Below are positions 56,874 to 64,000 of a stretch of 64,000 nt of DNA, piece by piece. The notes under the pieces were generated by a model that saw only the letters and a list, made by a program, of their open reading frames with translations, was not told the origin of the DNA and made no database searches. The stretch is from Zygnema circumcarinatum SAG 698-1b. Its lineage: Eukaryota; Plantae; Zygnematophyceae. The DNA is taken from the NCBI GenBank assembly GCA_037447605.1, contig CM074807.1:1922001-1986000 (forward strand). The letters run 5' to 3'. The position numbers and the translations under genes were made by a program. The stretch's first letter is position 1; each line of letters opens with the position of its first letter.

Positions 56874-57030
56874 GGGGGTGTCAGACTTAACAAAATCTTA
56901 CGAAAAGCGTTACGAAAAAAAAGGTTACGAAAGTACTCCGCCGCAGGAGGATCGCTATTATACTGGAGTACTCGTTCTGATGTCAGACTTACGAACACGC
57001 GTACTGAATTTTTTTAAGTCTGACACCCCC
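56874..57030. mobile_element. 157-bp MITE with perfect 17-bp TIRs and TA target-site duplication (Tc1/mariner-like by TSD)
   Basis: GGGGGTGTCAGACTTAA (56874-56890) is the exact reverse complement of TTAAGTCTGACACCCCC (57014-57030). TA flanks both ends (56872-56873, 57031-57032). The interior is AT-rich and non-coding, with TTACGAA repeated four times and an internal TGTCAGACTTA copy near 56982. Confidence 0.8.
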
Positions 57031-57557
57031 TAGTATATCATATTATATTACGGACGCTCGGGGTTATGAAGTTTGGCCGGAAAACTTAAGCGAAATCTAA
57101 TCACCAATTAATCCGCGCCAACGTCTCGTCGGGCAATTCAAACATTTTGCGGGCAGCCTTCAACACCAAGCAGTCGTTGTTTGGGGCTGTGTACGCCACG
57201 TGGCGTTTGGCGGTAGCTGCGCAGAGTTTTTCGCGCTCCGTCTTTAACCGAGTGGCATGTGCGGACGGTTTGAGTGCAACAGGTTGAAGGGGGTTGCGAA
57301 ACTTCGTTTCGGCGACAGGAAAACTCTCCGGCTCGGTCTCCCCCTCGCCTCGACCGCTTGCCGGCGAGTTGAACCGCGGACGGCACGGACGGGGCACGGC
57401 CGCACTTCCGCCTGCCATTAGTGCGCGCGGGGCAGCGGACGGGCGGAGGGCGCAGCCGCCGACCGCCGTGCCAATGCAATCCTTGTTTCCGAACTGTCCC
57501 TTCATCCAACGGGCAATTTGCCACGTGTGGGCAAAGGCTTTTCTCTGCTTCATAGCG

Positions 57558-57587
57558 GCCGTGTGCCGTGTGCCGTGTGCCGTGTGC
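57558..57587 (+). repeat. Tandem heptamer (GCCGTGT)x4
   Basis: Four perfect adjacent copies are directly visible. Confidence 0.9.
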
Positions 57588-58695
57588 ACTAGGACCATTG
57601 ACTTCGTGACGCCTTTATTACTCTGAGAGCGAGATGGGAAGTTTGAGACCACGCAAATACATGCCAAGGCGAATCGAAAAGTGGCAAAAGAGGTGCATTT
57701 TGGAAGGTGGATCCGGCATTGATCGCCTCGATGCGTTCATTTTTTACCTTTCTTGCGTTTTTCTCGTGGGTTAACTCGTCTACTTCATTATGTTAGTGTG
57801 TGCAGCAAGAAACGTGCAATGGCGCGGGTGCTGGAAGCGCACGAACATGGAACGGCGCAAACGAGGACTTGCAGTGCGGACTTCAAAGGGAGACCTGGAC
57901 ACTTTCGCTCACTCGCTTCCCCCCCCCCCCCCGCGACGACGCGTTGGACAACCAGCCAGCCGGTCATGAGCCTTGATTCGCCTCAACTCGCGTGTCCACC
58001 TCGTGGTTTCCGGCCTGCAAACTGTTCAAAGTTTAGCCGAGGAGGATTCGGCTTGCCACAGCCAGTACCGTATGGTGCCATTGGCAGCTGCCGCCTGCCT
58101 GAAGTGCGCACAGCGAGTGCGTGTTTGCGCACTTCCTCGAGCCGGAATGCTTCTCATGAGATCAATGCCACATCATTCTCTGCGCGCCGGCTTCAGAACG
58201 CCCTAAATTTATCTACATTGAAAAAGTGGATCTTTCTTGTTGCGCGCAAGCTCAAGTAATAAATAAGAATTGTGTTACCCATGAAAAGGGGCATATGACT
58301 AACAAAGTATGAGCAGCGCGACTCTGCGAGTGTTTGCTCGGTCGCAGACAACTGCCATTCCCACCACGGTAGCATTGCGGGATAGGCGACACAAAGGCTC
58401 GTAACTCTCAAAAGTGCACGCGCCTGCTCTGAAGCAGAGCGAAGTTGCTGACGGGCGGTGCATTGACGTGCGTGCATGCGAGCAAACTTGGCGCTTCTAG
58501 CGGTTCACCTCAATTGACTATACGCCTTACAAGTTACAATTGAGGCGCTCTCCTCCGGAATCCCAAGGACCCTGTGGTGGTAAGTCTGCTCTCCGCTGAG
58601 CATTGGAGCAAACGTGGGTTTGCCAAATGCCGAGTGAACTGAGTCCTATACGCTCTTGCTACAACAATAACAGGATGTGTCATATGCAGCGGGCC

Positions 58696-58883
58696 GTGTC
58701 GGTGGCCTTCCCCCGCTCCCTCCTCGCGATGTACCGCACATCGATGACCTTCGCGTTGTTGAGTCTAGGCGTAGTTTTCCGCTCGTAGCTTTTTTCTTTT
58801 GTGCTTAGGTCCTTTGCGACCAGTTCCTCGTGGTTCCCCGTGTTGACTTTGTCCATTGGCCTCGCCGTCATGAGATCAATGCC
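58696..58883 (+). repeat. Dispersed repeat family, copy D
   Basis: Collinear with copy C and ends in TCATGAGATCAATGCC. The minus strand reads MDKVNTGNHEELVAKDL... Confidence 0.8.
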
Positions 58884-59175
58884 CACTTGAGATGACAAAA
58901 GCAGCAACATCAATGCCAAATCCCCCTTTCATGCATACCACCACAGATACATCACAATGTGATGTTAAACGGTGAAGTTGCACAACCAGTTGTGCAACAG
59001 TCCTAGTAAGCGCCACAACAGCGCGCCTCCGTCGGTCTACGTCGCATGGCTGGGCCACGGTAGAGGGAGAGGGGGGGGAGGCGGTCCTTGCCCCTGCAAC
59101 TCGCAGCGCGCGTCTACACTGGACAGTGCAGGGGCGGGGGAACTCGGCGGCGCGAGTGCAGCAGCCACCGTGGCC

Positions 59176-63607
<4,432 letters not shown>

Positions 63608-64000
63608 GTCAGCACTGACTGCATCGTGAGCAAGTCCCGTTATATGACGTGTCTCCCCTCCTTCATTTTGACAGTCTTGAAAGCACTAAGCCAGTTGAGG
63701 TGACAGTTGGCCCTGGAAAGTGGAAAGGGGGCCCTGCATTGCTTCAGCAGAGAGGCCCAAGCGTCTGATTGGTGCTGAGCATGCCACCTCCCTTTTCATT
63801 TGATAGTGCATGATCTTATTGGACTGGGTTGAACGATCCGAAGCACAGGTTTATTTTTGCTGCTAATTCTCATCAGGCAAGCATGGATGCTGAACTTTAT
63901 GCTATTCAACGCAAAAATGAGTATGCGATGTCTCCGTTGGGCATTTTGAAATCATGCCTCAAGGGACACTCATCCTGGGTTGTCTTCTCCATTTCAACCT

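Noticed and set aside
57101-57667. 188-aa minus-strand ORF in the kinase-PRMT3 spacer
   Set aside because: No recognisable domain or splice context; it includes a translated tandem repeat, and I found no transposase motifs.

Overview
This is eukaryotic nuclear DNA with canonical GT-AG introns of about 65-1700 bp and roughly one gene per 8 kb. The plant-type gene set and a seed-plant-atypical histidine kinase suggest a non-seed streptophyte, probably a charophyte alga (inference). Eight spliced protein genes were reconstructed by hand from splice sites and reading-frame continuity. In order: CASC3/Barentsz (-, 3' end unresolved near the left edge), organellar YbeY-HAD (-), a CCR4/EEP nuclease (+, head-to-head with YbeY), a plant WD40 protein (-), VPS54 (-), LETM1 (-), an 18-exon soluble hybrid histidine kinase (-), and PRMT3 (+, runs off the right edge). 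The kinase is about 1200 aa with architecture GAF-PAS-PAS-HisKA-HATPase-degenerate REC-REC and bacterial-type sensor domains; it is the most unusual gene here. Non-coding structure concentrates around it: a GC-rich island with opposing G-quadruplex motifs, a 157-bp MITE with perfect TIRs and a TA target duplication, a 267-bp inverted-repeat-bounded segment, and a dispersed repeat family with a small conserved reading frame on both sides of the gene. CCGTAC clusters occur upstream of five of the seven promoter regions, and CATG(G/C)CATG in four. A decayed WDR74/NSA1-like fragment lies antisense in a VPS54 intron. I found no rRNA, tRNA or CRISPR array. All family assignments come from motif recognition; no database search was run.
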